This document shows, piece by piece, positions 15,901 to 32,800 of a stretch of DNA of 64,000 nucleotides. Both the position numbers and the translations under genes were made by a program. The stretch is from Eledone cirrhosa. Its lineage: Eukaryota. The notes beneath the pieces are model-generated. The model was not told the origin of the DNA. It saw only the letters and a list, made by a program, of their open reading frames with translations, and searched no databases. The DNA is taken from NCBI GenBank assembly GCA_964016885.1, contig OZ024741.1, forward strand, positions 391,406,001 to 391,470,000. Reading direction: 5' to 3'. Each line of letters opens with the position of its first letter. Position 1 is the stretch's first letter.

Positions 15901-18799
15901 AGAACTACGATCGGACAGACCTATGATCGGACGGAACTACGATCGGACAGATATATGATCGGATAGAACTATGATCGGACAGACCTATGATAGGAGAGAC
16001 CTATGTTAGGAGAGACCTATGATCGGACAGACCTATGATCGGACAGACCTATGATCAGACAGACCTATGATAGGACAGAGCTACGATCGGACAGACCTAT
16101 GATAGGACAGACCTATGATCAGACAGACCTATGATCGGACAGACCTATGATCAGACAGACCTATGATAGGACAGACCTACGATCGGACAGAACTATGATC
16201 AGACAGAACTACGATCGGACAGAACTATGATCGGACAGACCTATGATCGGACAGATCTATGATGGGACAGAACTACGATCGGACAGACCTATGATCGGAG
16301 AGACCTACGATCGGACAGAGCTACGATCGGACAGACCTATGATCGGATAGACCTATGATAAGAAAGACCTATGATCGGACAGACCTATGATCGGACAGAC
16401 CTATCATAGGACAGACCTATGATGGACAGACCTACGATCGGACAAAACTATGATCGGACAGACCTATGATCGGACAGACCTATGATCGGACAGACCTATG
16501 ATCGGATAGACCTATAATATGACAGACCTATGATCGGACAGACCTACGACCGGACAGAACTACGATAGGACAGATCTATGATCGGAGAGACCTATGATAG
16601 GACAGACCTACGATCGGACAGACCTATGATCGGACAGACCTATGATCGGACAGACCTATGATCGGATAGACCTATGATCGGACAGAACTACGATCGGACA
16701 CTACTATGATAGGACAGACCTATGATCGGACAGACCTGTGATCGGACAGAACTACGATCGGACAGACCTATGATCGCACAGACCTATGATAGGACGGACA
16801 TACGATCGGACAGAACTATGATCGGACAGACCTATGATAGAACAGACCTATAATAGGACAGACCTATGATCGGACAGACCTATGATGGTACAGAACTACG
16901 ATCGGACAGACCTATGATCGGAAATACCTACGATCGGACGGACCTATGATCGGACAGACCTATGATCGGACAGACCTATGATAAGACAGACCTATGATCG
17001 GACAGACCTATGATCGGACAGACCAATGATCGGACGGACCTATGATGGGACAGACCAATGATCGGACGGACCTATGATCGGACAGAGCTACGATCGGACA
17101 GACCTATGATCGGATAGACCTATGATAAGACAGACCTATGATCGGACAGACCTCTGATTGGACAGACCTACGATCGGACAGACCTACGATCGGACAGACC
17201 TATGATCGGACAGACCTATGATCGGACAGACCTATGATCGTACACACCTGTGATAGGACAGAACTATGATCGGACAGACCTATGATAGGACAGACCTATG
17301 ATAGGACAGACCTATGATCGGACAGACCTATGATGGGACAGACCTATGATGGGACAGACCTACGATCGGACATACCTATGATCGGACAGACCTATGATCG
17401 GACAGACCTACGATTGGACAGACCTATGATCGGACAGACCTATGATCGGACAGACCTATGATCGGACAGAACTATGATCGGACAGACCTATGATAGGACA
17501 GACCTATGATCGGACAGACCTATGACGGGACAGACCTACGATCGGACAGACCTATGATCGGACAGACCTACGATCAGACAGATCCATGATCGGACAGACC
17601 TACGATCGGACAGGCCTATGATCGGACAGACCTATGATCGGGCAGAACTACGATCGGGCAGAACTACGATCGGACAGACCTATGATCGGACAGACCTATG
17701 ATCGGACAGACCTATAATCCGACAGACCTATGATAGGATAGACCTACGATCAGACAGACCTATGATAGGACAGACCTACGATCGGACATACCTATGATCG
17801 GATAGACCTATGATCGGACAGAACTACGATCGGACACAACTATGATAGGACAGACCTATGATCGGACAGACCTGTGATCGGACAGAACTACGATCGGACC
17901 GACCTATGATCGGACAGACCTATGATAGAACAGACCTATAATAGGACAGACCTATGATCGGACAGACCTATGATGGTACAGAACTACGATCGGACAGACC
18001 TATCATCGGAAATACCTACGATCAGACGGACCTATGATCGGACAGACCTATGATCGGACAGACCTATGATAAGACAGACCTATGATCGGACAGACCTATG
18101 ATAAGACATACCTATGATCGGACAGACCAATGATCGGACGGACCTATGATGGGACAGACCAATGATCGGACGGACCTATGATCGGACAGAGCTACGATCG
18201 GACAAACCTATGATCGGATAGACCTATGATAAGACAGACCTATGATCGGACAGACCTATGGACGGACAGACCTATGATAGGACAGACCTACGACCGGACA
18301 GAATTGCGATCGGACAGAACTACGATTGTACAGACCTATGATAGGACAGACCTACGATCGGAAAGATCTACGATCGAACAGACCTATGATCGGACATAAC
18401 TATGATCGGACAGACCTATGATGGGACAGACCTACGATTTGACAGACCTACGATAGGACAGACCTATGATCGGACAGACCTATGATAGGACAGACCTATG
18501 ATCGGACAGACCTATAATGGGACAGACCTATGATGGGACAGACCTATGATCGGACAGACCTACGATCGGACAGACCTATGATCGGAGAGACCTACGATCG
18601 GACAGACCTACGATCAGGCAGACCCATGATCGGACAGACCTACGATCGGACAGGTCTATGATCGGACAGACCTATGATCGGGCAGAACTACGATCGGGCA
18701 GAACTACGATCGGACAGACCTATGATCGGACAGACCTATGATAGGACAGACCTACGATCAGACAGACCTATGATAGGACAGACCTACGATCAGACAGAA

Positions 18800-21700
18800 C
18801 TATGATCGGACAGACCTACGATCGGACAGACCTATGATCGGACAGACCTATGATCGGACAGAACTACGATCGGACACAACTATGATAGGACAGACCTATG
18901 ATCGGACAGACCTGTGATCGGACAGAACTACGATCGGACAGACCTATGATCGGAGAGACATATGATCGGACAGACCTATGATCGGACAGACCTATGATAG
19001 GACAGAAATATGATCGGACAGACCTATGATAGGACAGACCTATAATCGGACAGACCTATGATCGGACAGACCTATGATAGGACAGACCTACGATCGGACA
19101 GTCCTACGATCGGACAGACCTATGATGGGACAGACCTACGATCGGACAGACCTATGATCGGACAGACCTACGATCGGACAGACCTATGATCGGACAGACC
19201 TACGATCGGTCAGACCTATGATCGGACAGACCTATGATAGGACAAACTATGATCGGACAGACCTATGATTAGACAGACCTATGATTAGACAGACCTATGA
19301 TAGGAAAGAACTATGATCGGAGAGAACTATGATGGGACAGAACTACGATCGGACAGACCTATGATCAGAAAGACCTACGATCGGACGGACCTATGATCGG
19401 ACAGAGCTACGATCGGACAGACCTATGATCGGATAGACCTATGATAAGACAGACCTATGATCGGACAGACCTATGATAGGACAGACCTATGATCGGACAG
19501 ACCTATGATGGGACAGAACTACGATCGGACAGACCTATGATCAGAAAGACCTACGATCGGACGGACCTATGATCGGACAGAGCTACGATCGGACAGACCT
19601 ATGATCGGATAGACCTATGATAAGACAGACCTATGATCGGACAGACCTATGATCGGACAGACCTACGACCGGACAGAACTACGATCGGACAGAACTATGA
19701 TCGGACAGACCTATGATCAGACAGAACTATGATCGGACAGACATATGATCGGATAGAACTATGATCGGACAGACCTATGATAGGACAGACCTATGATAGG
19801 AGAGACCTACGATCGGACAGAACTATGATCGGACAAGCCTATGATAGGACAGACCTATGATAGGACAGACCTACGATCGGACAGAACTCTGATCGGACAG
19901 ACCTATGATAGGACAGACCTATGATAGGACGGACCTATGATCGGAAAGAGCTACGATCGGACAGACTTATGATCGGATAGACCTATAATAAGACAGAACT
20001 ATGATCGGACAGACATATGATCGGACAGACCAATGATCGAACGGACCTATGATGGGACAGACCTATGATCGGACAGACCTACGAACGAACAGACCTATCA
20101 TGGGACAGACCTATAATCGGACAGACCTATGAAAGGACAGAACTATGATCGGACAGACCTATGATATGACAGACCTATGATCGGACAGACCTATGATGGG
20201 ACAGAACGACGATCGGACAGACCTATGATCGGAAAGACCTACAATCTGACAGACCTATGATCGGACAGAGCTACGATCGGACAGACCTATGATATAGGAT
20301 AGACCTATGATAAGACAGACTTATGATCGGACAGACCTATGATCGGACAGACATATGATAGGAAAGGCCTATGATCGGATAGACCTACGACCGGACAGAA
20401 TTACGAACTGACAGAACTATGATCGGACAGACCTATGATAGGACAGACCTACGATAGGACAGACCTACGATCGGACAGACCTATGATAGGACAGACCTAT
20501 GATCGGACAGACCTATGATGGGACAGACCTATGATTGTACAGACCTACGATCGGACAGATCTATGATCGGACAGACCTATGATCGGACAGAACTATGATA
20601 GGACAGAACTATGATCGGACAGACCTATGATAGGACAGACCTATGATCGGACACACCTATGATCGGACAGACCTATGATAGGACAGACCTACGATCGGAC
20701 AGACCTACGATCGGACAGACCTATGACGGGACAGAACTACGATCGCACAGAGCTATGATCGGACAGACCTACGATCGGACAGACCTATGATCGGACAGAC
20801 CTACGATCGGACAGGCCTATGATCGGACAGACCTATGATCGGACAGACCTATAATCCGACAGACCTATGATAGGACAGACCTACTATCAGACAGACCTAT
20901 GATCGGACAGACCTACGATCGGACAGACCTATGATCGAACAGACCTGTGATCGGACAGAACTACGATCGGACAGACCTATGATAGGACAGACCTATGATC
21001 GGACAGACCTATGATGGGACACACCTATGATCGTACAGAACTATGATCGGACAGACCTATGATCGGACAAACCTATGATCGGGCTGACCTATGATGGGAC
21101 AGACCTATGATGGGACAGACATATGATCGGACAGAAATACGATCGGACAGACCTATGAACGGACAGAACTACGATCGGACAGACCTATTATGGGATAGAC
21201 ATATAATCGGACAGACCTATGATCGGACAGCCGTACGATCGGACAGACCTATCATAGGACAGACCTATGATCGGACAGAAATACGATCGGAAAGACCTAT
21301 GATCGGACAGACCTACGATCGGACAGACATATGATCGGACAGACCTATGATCGTACAGACCTATGATAGGACAGACCTATGATCGGACAGACCTACGATC
21401 GGAAAGACCTATGATGGGACAGAGCTATGATCGGACAGACCTATGATAACACAGAACTATGATCGGACAGACCTATGATCGGACAGACCTACGATCGGAC
21501 AGAGCTATGATTGGACAGACCAATGATAGTACAGAACAATGATCGGACAGACCTATGATCCGACAGACCTATGATCGGACAGACCTACGATCGGACAGAC
21601 CTATGATCGGACAGACCTACGATCGGACAGACCTATGATCGGACAGAACTACGATCGGACAGACCTATGATCGGACAGACCTACGATCGGACAGACATAT

Positions 21701-24700
21701 GATCGGACAGACCTATGATAGGACAGAGCTACGATCGGACAGACCTATGATAGGACAGACCTATGATCAGACAGACCTATGATCGGACAGACCTATGATC
21801 AGACAGACTTATGATAGGACAGACCTACGTACGGACAGTACTATGATCAGACAGGACTATGATCGGACAGAACTATGATCGGACAGACCTATGATCGGAC
21901 AGACCTATGATCGGACAGAACTATGATCGGACAGACCTATGATAGGACAGACCTATGATAGAACAGACCTATGACCGTACAGAACTATGATCGGACAGAT
22001 CTATGATCGGACAGACCTATGAGCGGACAGACCTATCATGGGACAGACCTATGATGGGACAGACATATAATCGGATAGCCGTACGATCGGACAGACCTAT
22101 GATAGAACAAACCTATGATTGGACAGAACTATAATCGGACAGACCCACGATCAGACAGACCTACGATCGGAAAGACCTATGATCGGACAGACCTATGATC
22201 GGACAGACCTATGATCGGACAGACCTACGAACGGACAGAACTATGATCGGACAGACCTATGATAGGACAGAACTACGATCGGAAAGACCTATGATTGGAC
22301 AGACCTATGATCGGACAGACCTACGATCGGACAGACCTATGATCGGACAGACCTATGATCGGACAGACCTATGATGGGACAGACCTACGATCGGACAGTC
22401 CTACGATCGGACATACCTATGATGGGACAGACCTACGATCGGACAGACCTATGATCGGACAGACCTATGATCGGACAGACCTATGATCGGACAGACCTAC
22501 GATCGGACATACCTATGATCGGACAGACCTATGATCGGACAGACCTATGATCGGACAGACCTATGATAGGACAGACCTATGATGGACAGACCTACGATCG
22601 GACAGACCTACGGTCGGACAGACCTATGATAGGACAGAGCTACGATCGGACAGACCTACGATCGGAGAGACCTATGATCAGACAGACTTATTATAGGACA
22701 GACCTACGTACGGACAGAACTATGATCAGACAGAACTACGATCGGACAGAAATATGATCGGACAGACCTATGATCGGACAGACCTATGATCGGACAGACC
22801 TATGATCGGACAGACCTATGATAGGACAGACCTATGATAGGACAGACCTATGATAGGACAGACCTATGATCGTACTGAACTATGATCGGACAGATCTATG
22901 ATCGGACAGACCTATGAGCGGACAGACCTATGATAGGACAGACCTATGATGGGACAGACATATAATCGGACAGACCTATGATCGGACAGCCGTACGATCG
23001 GACAGACCTATGATAGAACAAACCTATGATTGGACAGAACTATAATCGGACAGACCTACGATCGGAAAGACCTATGATCGGACAGACCTATGATCGGACA
23101 GACCTTTGATCGGACAGAACTCCGATCGGACAGAACTCCGATCGGACAGACCTATCATCGGACAGACCTATGATCCGACAGACCTATGATAGGACAGACC
23201 TACGATCGGACAGACCTATGATCGGACAGAACTACGATCGGACACGACTATGATAGGACAGACCTATGATCGGACAGACCTCCGATCGGACAGACATATG
23301 ATCGGACAGACCTATGATAGGACAGACCTACGATCGGCCAGAACTATGATCGGACAGACCTATCATCGGACAGACCTATCATCGGACAGACCTATGATCG
23401 GACAGAACATGATCGGACAGACCTATGATCGGACAGACCTATGATAGGACAGACCGACGATTGGACAGAACTATGATCGGACAGATCTATGATTGGACAG
23501 ACCTATGATCGGACAGACCTATGATCGGACAGACCTATGATCGGACAGAATTACGATCGGACAGACCTATGATCGGACAGACCTATGATCGGACAGACCT
23601 ATGATCCGACAGACCTATGATAGGACAGACCTACGATCAGACAGATCTATGAACGGACAGACCTACGATCGGACAGACCTATGATCGGACAGACCTATGA
23701 TCGGACAGAACTACGATCTGACACGACTATGATAGGACAGACATATTATCGGACAGACCTATGATCGGACAGAACTACGATCTGACAGACCTATGATAGG
23801 ACAGACCTATGATAGGACAGACATATGATTGGACAGCCCTATGATCGTACAGAACTATGATCGGACAGACCTATGATCGGACAGACTTATGATCGGACAG
23901 ACCTATGAAGGGACAGACCTATGATGGGACTGACATATTATCGGACAGACCTATGATCGTACAGACCTATGATAGGACAGACCTATGATCGTACAGACCT
24001 ATGATAGGACAGACCTATGATCGGACAGACCTACGATCGGAAAGACCTATGATGGGACAGACCTATGATCGGACAGACCTATGATAACACAGAACTATGA
24101 TCGGACAGACCTATGATCGGACAGACCTACGATCGGACAGACCTATGATTGGACAGACCAATGATAGGACAGAACTATGATCGGACAGACCTATGATCCG
24201 ACAGACCTATGATCGGACAGACCTACGATCGGACAGACCTATGATAGAACAAACCTATGATTGGACAGAACTATAATCGGACAGACCTACGATCGGAAAG
24301 ACCTATGATCGGACAGACCTACGATCGGACAGACCTATGATCGGACAGACCTATGATCGGACAGAACTACGATCGGACACAACTATGATAGGACAGACCT
24401 ATGATCGGACAGACCTGTGATCGGACAGAACTACGATCGGACAGACCTATGATCGGAGAGACATATGATCGGACAGACCTATGATCGGACAGACCTATGA
24501 TAGGACAGAAATATGATCGGACAGACCTATGATAGGACAGACCTATAATCGGACAGACCTATGATCGGACAGACCTATGATAGGACAGACCTACGATCGG
24601 ACAGTCCTACGATCGGACAGACCTATGATGGGACAGACCTACGATCGGACAGACCTATGATCGGACAGACCTACGATCGGACAGACCTATGATCGGACAG

Positions 24701-27700
24701 ACCTACGATCGGTCAGACCTATGATCGGACAGACCTATGATAGGACAAACTATGATCGGACAGACCTATGATTAGACAGACCTATGATTAGACAGACCTA
24801 TGATAGGAAAGAACTATGATCGGAGAGAACTATGATGGGACAGAACTACGATCGGACAGACCTATGATCAGAAAGACCTACGATCGGACGGACCTATGAT
24901 CGGACAGAGCTACGATCGGACAGACCTATGATCGGATAGACCTATGATAAGACAGACCTATGATCGGACAGACCTATGATAGGACAGACCTATGATCGGA
25001 CAGACCTATGATGGGACAGAACTACGATCGGACAGACCTATGATCAGAAAGACCTACGATCGGACGGACCTATGATCGGACAGAGCTACGATCGGACAGA
25101 CCTATGATCGGATAGACCTATGATAAGACAGACCTATGATCGGACAGACCTATGATCGGACAGACCTACGACCGGACAGAACTACGATCGGACAGAACTA
25201 TGATCGGACAGACCTATGATCAGACAGAACTATGATCGGACAGACATATGATCGGATAGAACTATGATCGGACAGACCTATGATAGGACAGACCTATGAT
25301 AGGAGAGACCTACGATCGGACAGAACTATGATCGGACAAGCCTATGATAGGACAGACCTATGATAGGACAGACCTACGATCGGACAGAACTCTGATCGGA
25401 CAGACCTATGATAGGACAGACCTATGATAGGACGGACCTATGATCGGAAAGAGCTACGATCGGACAGACTTATGATCGGATAGACCTATAATAAGACAGA
25501 ACTATGATCGGACAGACATATGATCGGACAGACCAATGATCGAACGGACCTATGATGGGACAGACCTATGATCGGACAGACCTACGAACGAACAGACCTA
25601 TCATGGGACAGACCTATAATCGGACAGACCTATGAAAGGACAGAACTATGATCGGACAGACCTATGATATGACAGACCTATGATCGGACAGACCTATGAT
25701 GGGACAGAACGACGATCGGACAGACCTATGATCGGAAAGACCTACAATCTGACAGACCTATGATCGGACAGAGCTACGATCGGACAGACCTATGATATAG
25801 GATAGACCTATGATAAGACAGACTTATGATCGGACAGACCTATGATCGGACAGACATATGATAGGAAAGGCCTATGATCGGATAGACCTACGACCGGACA
25901 GAATTACGAACTGACAGAACTATGATCGGACAGACCTATGATAGGACAGACCTACGATAGGACAGACCTACGATCGGACAGACCTATGATAGGACAGACC
26001 TATGATCGGACAGACCTATGATGGGACAGACCTATGATTGTACAGACCTACGATCGGACAGATCTATGATCGGACAGACCTATGATCGGACAGAACTATG
26101 ATAGGACAGAACTATGATCGGACAGACCTATGATAGGACAGACCTATGATCGGACACACCTATGATCGGACAGACCTATGATAGGACAGACCTACGATCG
26201 GACAGACCTACGATCGGACAGACCTATGACGGGACAGAACTACGATCGCACAGAGCTATGATCGGACAGACCTACGATCGGACAGACCTATGATCGGACA
26301 GACCTACGATCGGACAGGCCTATGATCGGACAGACCTATGATCGGACAGACCTATAATCCGACAGACCTATGATAGGACAGACCTACTATCAGACAGACC
26401 TATGATCGGACAGACCTACGATCGGACAGACCTATGATCGAACAGACCTGTGATCGGACAGAACTACGATCGGACAGACCTATGATAGGACAGACCTATG
26501 ATCGGACAGACCTATGATGGGACACACCTATGATCGTACAGAACTATGATCGGACAGACCTATGATCGGACAAACCTATGATCGGGCTGACCTATGATGG
26601 GACAGACCTATGATGGGACAGACATATGATCGGACAGAAATACGATCGGACAGACCTATGAACGGACAGAACTACGATCGGACAGACCTATTATGGGATA
26701 GACATATAATCGGACAGACCTATGATCGGACAGCCGTACGATCGGACAGACCTATCATAGGACAGACCTATGATCGGACAGAAATACGATCGGAAAGACC
26801 TATGATCGGACAGACCTACGATCGGACAGACATATGATCGGACAGACCTATGATCGTACAGACCTATGATAGGACAGACCTATGATCGGACAGACCTACG
26901 ATCGGAAAGACCTATGATGGGACAGAGCTATGATCGGACAGACCTATGATAACACAGAACTATGATCGGACAGACCTATGATCGGACAGACCTACGATCG
27001 GACAGAGCTATGATTGGACAGACCAATGATAGGACAGAACAATGATCGGACAGACCTATGATCCGACAGACCTATGATCGGACAGACCTACGATCGGACA
27101 GACCTATGATCGGACAGACCTACGATCGGACAGACCTATGATCGGACAGAACTACGATCGGACAGACCTATGATCGGACAGACCTACGATCGGACAGACA
27201 TATGATCGGACAGACCTATGATAGGACAGAGCTACGATCGGACAGACCTATGATAGGACAGACCTATGATCAGACAGACCTATGATCGGACAGACCTATG
27301 ATCAGACAGACTTATGATAGGACAGACCTACGTACGGACAGTACTATGATCAGACAGGACTATGATCGGACAGAACTATGATCGGACAGACCTATGATCG
27401 GACAGACCTATGATCGGACAGAACTATGATCGGACAGACCTATGATAGGACAGACCTATGATAGAACAGACCTATGACCGTACAGAACTATGATCGGACA
27501 GATCTATGATCGGACAGACCTATGAGCGGACAGACCTATCATGGGACAGACCTATGATGGGACAGACATATAATCGGATAGCCGTACGATCGGACAGACC
27601 TATGATAGAACAAACCTATGATTGGACAGAACTATAATCGGACAGACCCACGATCAGACAGACCTACGATCGGAAAGACCTATGATCGGACAGACCTATG

Positions 27701-29805
27701 ATCGGACAGACCTATGATCGGACAGACCTACGAACGGACAGAACTATGATCGGACAGACCTATGATAGGACAGAACTACGATCGGAAAGACCTATGATTG
27801 GACAGACCTATGATCGGACAGACCTACGATCGGACAGACCTATGATCGGACAGACCTATGATCGGACAGACCTATGATGGGACAGACCTACGATCGGACA
27901 GACCTACGATCGGACATACCTATGATGGGACAGACCTACGATCGGACAGACCTATGATCGGACAGACCTATGATCGGACAGACCTATGATCGGACAGACC
28001 TACGATCGGACATACCTATGATCGGACAGACCTATGATCGGACAGACCTATGATCGGACAGACCTATGATAGGACAGACCTATGATGGACAGACCTACGA
28101 TCGGACAGACCTACGGTCGGACAGACCTATGATAGGACAGAGCTACGATCGGACAGACCTACGATCGGAGAGACCTATGATCAGACAGACTTATTATAGG
28201 ACAGACCTACGTACGGACAGAACTATGATCAGACAGAACTACGATCGGACAGAAATATGATCGGACAGACCTATGATCGGACAGACCTATGATCGGACAG
28301 ACCTATGATCGGACAGACCTATGATAGGACAGACCTATGATAGGACAGACCTATGATAGGACAGACCTATGATCGTACTGAACTATGATCGGACAGATCT
28401 ATGATCGGACAGACCTATGAGCGGACAGACCTATGATAGGACAGACCTATGATGGGACAGACATATAATCGGACAGACCTATGATCGGACAGCCGTACGA
28501 TCGGACAGACCTATGATAGAACAAACCTATGATTGGACAGAACTATAATCGGACAGACCTACGATCGGAAAGACCTATGATCGGACAGACCTATGATCGG
28601 ACAGACCTTTGATCGGACAGAACTCCGATCGGACAGAACTCCGATCGGACAGACCTATCATCGGACAGACCTATGATCCGACAGACCTATGATAGGACAG
28701 ACCTACGATCGGACAGACCTATGATCGGACAGAACTACGATCGGACACGACTATGATAGGACAGACCTATGATCGGACAGACCTCCGATCGGACAGACAT
28801 ATGATCGGACAGACCTATGATAGGACAGACCTACGATCGGCCAGAACTATGATCGGACAGACCTATCATCGGACAGACCTATCATCGGACAGACCTATGA
28901 TCGGACAGAACATGATCGGACAGACCTATGATCGGACAGACCTATGATAGGACAGACCGACGATTGGACAGAACTATGATCGGACAGATCTATGATTGGA
29001 CAGACCTATGATCGGACAGACCTATGATCGGACAGACCTATGATCGGACAGAATTACGATCGGACAGACCTATGATCGGACAGACCTATGATCGGACAGA
29101 CCTATGATCCGACAGACCTATGATAGGACAGACCTACGATCAGACAGATCTATGAACGGACAGACCTACGATCGGACAGACCTATGATCGGACAGACCTA
29201 TGATCGGACAGAACTACGATCTGACACGACTATGATAGGACAGACATATTATCGGACAGACCTATGATCGGACAGAACTACGATCTGACAGACCTATGAT
29301 AGGACAGACCTATGATAGGACAGACATATGATTGGACAGCCCTATGATCGTACAGAACTATGATCGGACAGACCTATGATCGGACAGACTTATGATCGGA
29401 CAGACCTATGAAGGGACAGACCTATGATGGGACTGACATATTATCGGACAGACCTATGATCGTACAGACCTATGATAGGACAGACCTATGATCGTACAGA
29501 CCTATGATAGGACAGACCTATGATCGGACAGACCTACGATCGGAAAGACCTATGATGGGACAGACCTATGATCGGACAGACCTATGATAACACAGAACTA
29601 TGATCGGACAGACCTATGATCGGACAGACCTACGATCGGACAGACCTATGATTGGACAGACCAATGATAGGACAGAACTATGATCGGACAGACCTATGAT
29701 CCGACAGACCTATGATCGGACAGACCTACGATCGGACAGACCTATGAGAGAACAAACCTATGATTGGACAGAACTATAATCGGACAGACCTACGATCGGA
29801 AAGAC
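18800..29805. repeat. Higher-order tandem duplication (5503 bp x2) inside the 16-bp satellite
   Basis: Identical ORF-track peptides at 21107/26610, 22563/28066 and 23250/28753, all offset 5503. Marker cggacacaac at 18871/24374. Only a few substitutions separate the copies. Confidence 0.95.
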
Positions 29806-32800
29806 CTATGATCGGACAGACCTACGATCGGACAGACATATGATCGGACAGACCTATTATAGGACAGAGCTACGATCGGACAGACCTATGATAGGACAGA
29901 CCTATGATCAGACAGACCTATGATCGGACAGACCTATGATCAGACAGACTTATGATAGGACAGACCTACGTACGGACAGAACTATGATCAGACAGGACTA
30001 TGATCGGACAGACCTATGATCGGACAGACCTATGATCGGACAGACCTATGATCGGACAGAACTATGATCGGACAGACCTATGATAGGACAGACCTATGAT
30101 AGAACAGACCTATGATCGTACAGAACTATGATCGGACAGATCTATGATCGGACAGACCTATGACCGGACAGACCTATGATCGGACAGACCTATGATGGGA
30201 CAGACCTACGATCGGACAGACCTACGATCGGACATACCTATGATGGGACAGACCTACGATCGGACAGACCTATCATGGGACAGACCTATGATGGGACAGA
30301 CATATAATCGGATAGCCGTACGATCGGACAGACCTATGATAGAACAAACCTATGATTGGACAGAACTATAATCGGACAGACCTACGATCAGACAGACCTA
30401 CGATCGGAAAGACCTACGATCGGAAAGACCTATGATCGGACAGACCTATGATCGGACAGACCTATGATCGGACAGACCTATGATCGGACAGAACTATGAT
30501 CGTACAGACCTATGATAGGACAGAACTACGATCGGAAAGACCTATGATAGGACAGACCTATGATCGGACAGACCTATGATCGGACAGACCTATGATGGGA
30601 CAGACCTACGATCGGACAGACCTACGATCGGGCATACCTATGATGGGACAGACCTACGATCGGACAGACCGATGATCGGACAGACCTATGATCGGACAGA
30701 CCTATGATCGGACAGACCTACGATCGGACAGACCTATGATCGGACAGACCTATGATCGGACAGACCTATGATCGGACAGACCTATGATAGGACAGACCTA
30801 TGATGGACAGACCTACGATCGGACAGACCTACGATCGGACAGACCTATGATGGGACAGACCTACGATCGGACAGACCTATGATAGGACAGACCTATGATC
30901 GGACAGACCTATGATCGGACAGACCTATGATCGGACAGACCTACGATCGGACAGACCTATAATCGGACAGACCTATGATCGGACAGACCTATGATAGGAC
31001 AGACCTACGATCGGACAGACATACGATCGGACAGGCCTATGATGGGACAGATCTACGATCGGACAGACGTATGATCGGACAGACCTACAATCGGACAGAC
31101 CTATGATGGAACAGACCTACGATCGGTGAGACCTATGATCTGACAGACCTATGATAGGACAAACTATGATCGGACAGACCTATGATTAGACAGACCTATG
31201 ATTAGACAGACCTATGATAGGACAGACCTATGATAGGACCGAACTATGATCGGAGAGACCTATGATAGGACAGAACTATGATCGGACAGACCTATGATCG
31301 GACAGACCTATGATCGGACAGAACTACGATCAGACAGACCTATGATAGGACAGACCTACAATCAGACAGAACTATGATTCGACAGACCTACGATCGGACA
31401 GACCTATGATCGGACAGACCTATGATCGGACCGAACTACGATGGGACAGACCTATGATAGGACAGACCTATGATCGGACTGACCTATGATCGGACAGACC
31501 TATGATAGGACAGACCTACGATCGGACAGACCTATGATGGGACAGACCTATGATTGGACAGACCTATGATCGGACAGACCTATGATCGGACAGACCTATG
31601 ATCGGACAAACCTATGATAGGACAGACATACGATCGGACAGAACTATGATCGGACAGACCTATGATAGGACAGACCTATGATCGGACAGAACTCTGATCG
31701 GACAGACCTATGATCGGACAGACCTATGATCGGACCGAACTACGATGGGACAGACCTATGATAGGACAGACCTATGATCGGACTGTCCTATGATCGGACA
31801 GACCTATGATAGGACAGACCTACGATCGGACAGACCTATGATGTGACAGACCTATGATGGGACAGACATATGATCGGACAGACCTATGATAGGACAGACC
31901 TATGATAGGACAGACCTATGATCGGACAGAACTATGATCGGACAGACCTATGATCGGACAGACCTATGATCTGACAGACCTATGATAGGATAGACTTACG
32001 ATCAGACAGACCTATGATAGGACAGACCTACGATCAGACAGAACTATGATCAGACAGAATAACAATCGGACAGACCTATGATCGGACAGACCTATGATCG
32101 GACAGAACTTCCTTCGGTCATAACTATGATCGGACAGAACTATGATCGGACAGACCTATGATCGGACAGAACTACAATCGGACAGACCTATGATAGGACA
32201 GACCTATGATGGGACATCCTATGATCGTACAGATCTATGATCGGACAGAACTATGATCGGACAGACCTATGATGGGACAGACATATGATCGGACAGACCT
32301 ATGATTGGACAGCCGTACGATCGGACAGACCTATGATAGGACAGACCTATGATCCGATAGACCTACGATCGGACAGACCTACGATCGGAAAGACCTATGA
32401 TCGGACAGACCTATGATCGGACAGACCTATGATCGGACAGACCTATGATAGGACAGACCTACGATCGGAAAGACCTACGATCGGAGAGACCTATGATCGG
32501 ACAGACCTATGATGGGACAGACCTACGATCGGACAGACCTATGATAGGACAGAACTATGATCGAAAAGACCTACTATCGGACCCACCTATGATAGGACAG
32601 ACCTATGATCGGACAGACCTATGATAGGACAGACCTACGATCGGACAGACCTATGATCGGACAGACCTATGATAGGACAGACCTATGATCGGACAGACCT
32701 ACGATCGGACAGACCTATGATCGGACAGACCTACGATCGGACAGACCTATGATCGGACATACCTATGATCGGAATAGACCTATGATAGGACAGAACTATG

